Assembly: GCF_963921235.1 (NCBI RefSeq)
Contig: NC_086108.1
Location: forward strand, 35,094,001-35,158,000
Length of the DNA: 64,000 nt
Direction of reading: 5' to 3'
Source: Mobula hypostoma
Lineage: Eukaryota
In this document: piece by piece, positions 61,470 through 64,000 of the stretch
Position numbering within the stretch: the stretch's first letter is position 1
Layout: every line of letters begins with the position of its first letter
The notes under the pieces: model-generated
Told to the model about the DNA's origin: nothing
The model's input: the letters and a program-made list of their open reading frames with translations, nothing else
Databases searched by the model: none
Made by a program: the position numbers and the translations under genes

Positions 61470-62897
61470 GAAACACAAAATAATCTGCAGATGCTGGGGT
61501 CAAAGCAACACTCACAACACACTGGAGGAACTCTGCAGGTCGGGCAGCATCCATGGAAAAGATCCGTCGACGTTTCGGGCCGGAACCCTTCGTCAGGACT
61601 GTAGGGGGAAGGGGCAGAGGCCCTATAAAGAAGGTGGGGGGAGGGTGGGAAGGAGAAGGCTGGTCAGTTCCAGGTGAAAAACCAGTAAGGGGAAAGATAA
61701 AGGGGTGGGGGAGAGGAGGCAGGGAGGTGATAGGCAGGAAAGGTGAAGAAAGAATAGGGGAAAACACAATGGGTAGTAGAAGGAGGCAGAACCATGAGGG
61801 AGGTGATAGGCAGCTGGGGGAGGGGGCAGAGTGACATAGGGATAGGGGAAGGGAGGGGGAGGGAATTACCAGAAGTTGGAGAATTCAATGTTCATACCAA
61901 GGGGCTGGAGACTACCTAGACGGTATATGAGGTGTTGCTCCTCCAACCTGAGTTTAGCCTCATTATGGCAGTAGAGGAGGCCATGTATGGACATATCTGA
62001 ATGGGAGTGGGAAGCAGAGTTGAAGTGGGCGGCTACTGGGAGATCCTGTCTGTTTTGGCGGACGGAGCGGAAGTGCTCGATGAAGTGGTCCCCCAATCTG
62101 CATCAGGTTTCACCGATGTAGAGGAGGCTGCACCGGGAGCACCAGATGCAATAGATGACCCCAACAGACTCACAAGTGAAGTGTTGTCTCACCTAGAAGG
62201 ACTGTTTGGGGCCCTGAATGGTGGCAAGAGAGGAGGTGTAGGGACAGGTGTAGCACTTGTGCTTACAGGGATAAGTGCCAGGTGGGAGATCTGTGGAAAG
62301 GGACGTGTGGACCAGGGAGTCGCGGAGGGACCAATCCCTGCGGAAAGTGGAGAGGGGTGGAGGGGGAAAGATGTGCTTAGTGGTGGGGTCCTGTTGAAGG
62401 TGGTGGAAGTTGCAGAGGATAATGTGCTGGATCCGGAGGCTGGTGGGGTGGTAGGTGAGGACAAGGGGAACTCTGTCCCTGTTGCGGTGGCGGGAGGATG
62501 GGGTGAGAGCCGAAGTGCGGGAAATGGAGGAGACGCGGGTGAGGGCATCATTGATGACAGCAGAAGGGAAACCACGATTCTTAAAGAAAGAGGACATTTG
62601 AGATGTCCTGGAACGGAAAACCTCATCCTTGGAGCAGATGCAGCTGAGACAGAGGAACTGGGAATAGGGAATGGCATTTTTGCATGTGGCAGGGTGGGAA
62701 GAGGTATATTTGAGGTAGTTATGAGAGTCAGTGGGCTTGTAGAAGATGTCAGTGGACAGTCTGTCTCCAGACACGGAGACCAAAAGATCGAGAAAGGGGA
62801 GAGAAGTGTCTGAGATAGACCAAGTGAATTTGAGGGCTGGGTGGAAGTTAGAAGTAAAGTCGATGAAATTGACGAGCTCAGCACCCTGCACCCATGC
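61470..62897 (-). mobile_element. Penelope-like element: RT C-terminus + GIY-YIG endonuclease + pseudo-LTR
   Basis: NFHPALKFT, PFLDL, FYKPTD, HP..CK.AIPYSQ, CxxC; GIY-YIG region with frameshifts; ends NIEFSNFW followed by the pLTR. Confidence 0.92.
61566..61600 (-). ncRNA. Minimal type I hammerhead ribozyme motif (Penelope pLTR)
   Basis: Minus strand: AGTC-CTGACGA-A-GGGT tccg GCCC-GAAA-C-GTC-GAC. Confidence 0.75.
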
Positions 62898-63574
62898 CCA
62901 AGCAACATTGGCAGCGCCTATCATTCAAGCCAGTCATCTTAATACACAATGGTGTTAAAGTGGGCAATCCTGATCAGAGACTAGTCGGTGAAAGGTTACA
63001 TCTTGTCTGTTGCACCAGGGTAGAAGAGGTTATTGGCATGTTGTTTTACATTCAGTCCTTCAGCTACTCTGCTAGCAAGACGTTGTCACAGGAGGCTACT
63101 GACAAGGGAGCAAGTATTGGAGAAAGGATTGCTCTGTAGTTGGGTATCACATAATTTAGTTCCTGTTGTTTATTTACTATCACTCATTGCCCCTTGTACT
63201 GAATGGCACGGTGGGTTACTTTCAATGCTGATTAAGAGCCAATCACATTGGTTTTAAAAAACATAACTGTTTCAAATATTCAGCAGGTTAGGCAGCATCT
63301 GTAGAGAAAGAAGCAAAAGTGAATGTGGCTGGCTAAAGATCTTTCAAGCAAGGACATTGATAGTTCTGGATCTGGATTGAAATAAAGGCCAGGTTGATTA
63401 AAGGTGAACTATTTTCTTCATTGAATGGCATTAGTCAACAAGATGGACTTAGTAAAAGAAGATATTGGAAGTGAAAACAAACTGCTGGAAACTCTCAGCA
63501 GGTCAGGCAGCATCTGCGGACAAAGACACACTTAGTGTTTCATGTCAGAGATCTTAAATTCAGTATTTTTTTCA

Positions 63575-64000
63575 ATTGATTGATGGGCAGAAGAATAGCA
63601 GATGGAATTTAATCTTGATAAGTGTTAGATGATGCACCGTCAAAAAACTAATAAGATGATTATTGAGGAATGGAGGGAGTTTGGTGTATAAGACCCAAGG
63701 AACCCTGAAGGCAGATGTGGTGTAAGGAAGATAAAAGGGAATAGAATATAGGAGCAAGGAAGTTATGGTACAATTTTATAAAACATTGGCTAAGCTACAG
63801 CTGGGGTATTATGTGCATTTCTGGTCCCTTTATTACAGGAATGATATGATGGGACTGGAGAGGGTGCAGAGGCGACTCACCAGGGCGTTGCCTGGAATGG
63901 AGCATTTTGGTTCAGAGCAGAGACTGCACTTTTTTGCCTTGGAGGGGTGAAAGGCAAAGGAGAACCTGACTGAGTTATACCAAATTGAAGGGAATAGACG
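63575..64000 (+). mobile_element. Old CR1 RT fragment (runs off the window)
   Basis: FYKTLAKLQLGYYVHFWS..LERVQRRLTRALPG. Confidence 0.8.

Noticed and set aside
62001..62813. 270-aa + strand ORF
   Set aside because: Antisense shadow of the Penelope ORF; the same applies to 24852-25475, 54431-55063 and similar.

Overview
Repeat-dominated vertebrate genomic DNA, most likely an intron or intergenic region. The repeat set (CR1 LINEs with an esterase ORF1, Rex1/Babar, RTE, L2, Penelope-like elements, V-SINE/HE1-type and CORE SINEs, a Buster/Charlie hAT, a Tigger derivative and three solo LTRs) points to a cartilaginous fish, probably a ray; this is inference. I recognise no intact host protein-coding gene, and every long ORF I can identify is transposon-derived or the antisense shadow of one. 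Highlights: (1) a 497-bp non-autonomous RTE-like element (46748-47244, 6-bp TSD) carrying a fragment of the host gene CYHR1/ZFTRAF1 in circularly permuted order; (2) minimal hammerhead ribozyme motifs in Penelope pseudo-LTRs, two with intact cores (17417-17452 +, 61566-61600 -); (3) a multiply deleted Rex1 mini-element that retrotransposed as a unit; (4) several multi-level nested insertions with readable TSDs; (5) a candidate RFX/FOX/SOX enhancer and a candidate 24-nt microexon in unique sequence. Family and gene names come from motif recognition from memory, not from database searches. Boundaries without a TSD are approximate.
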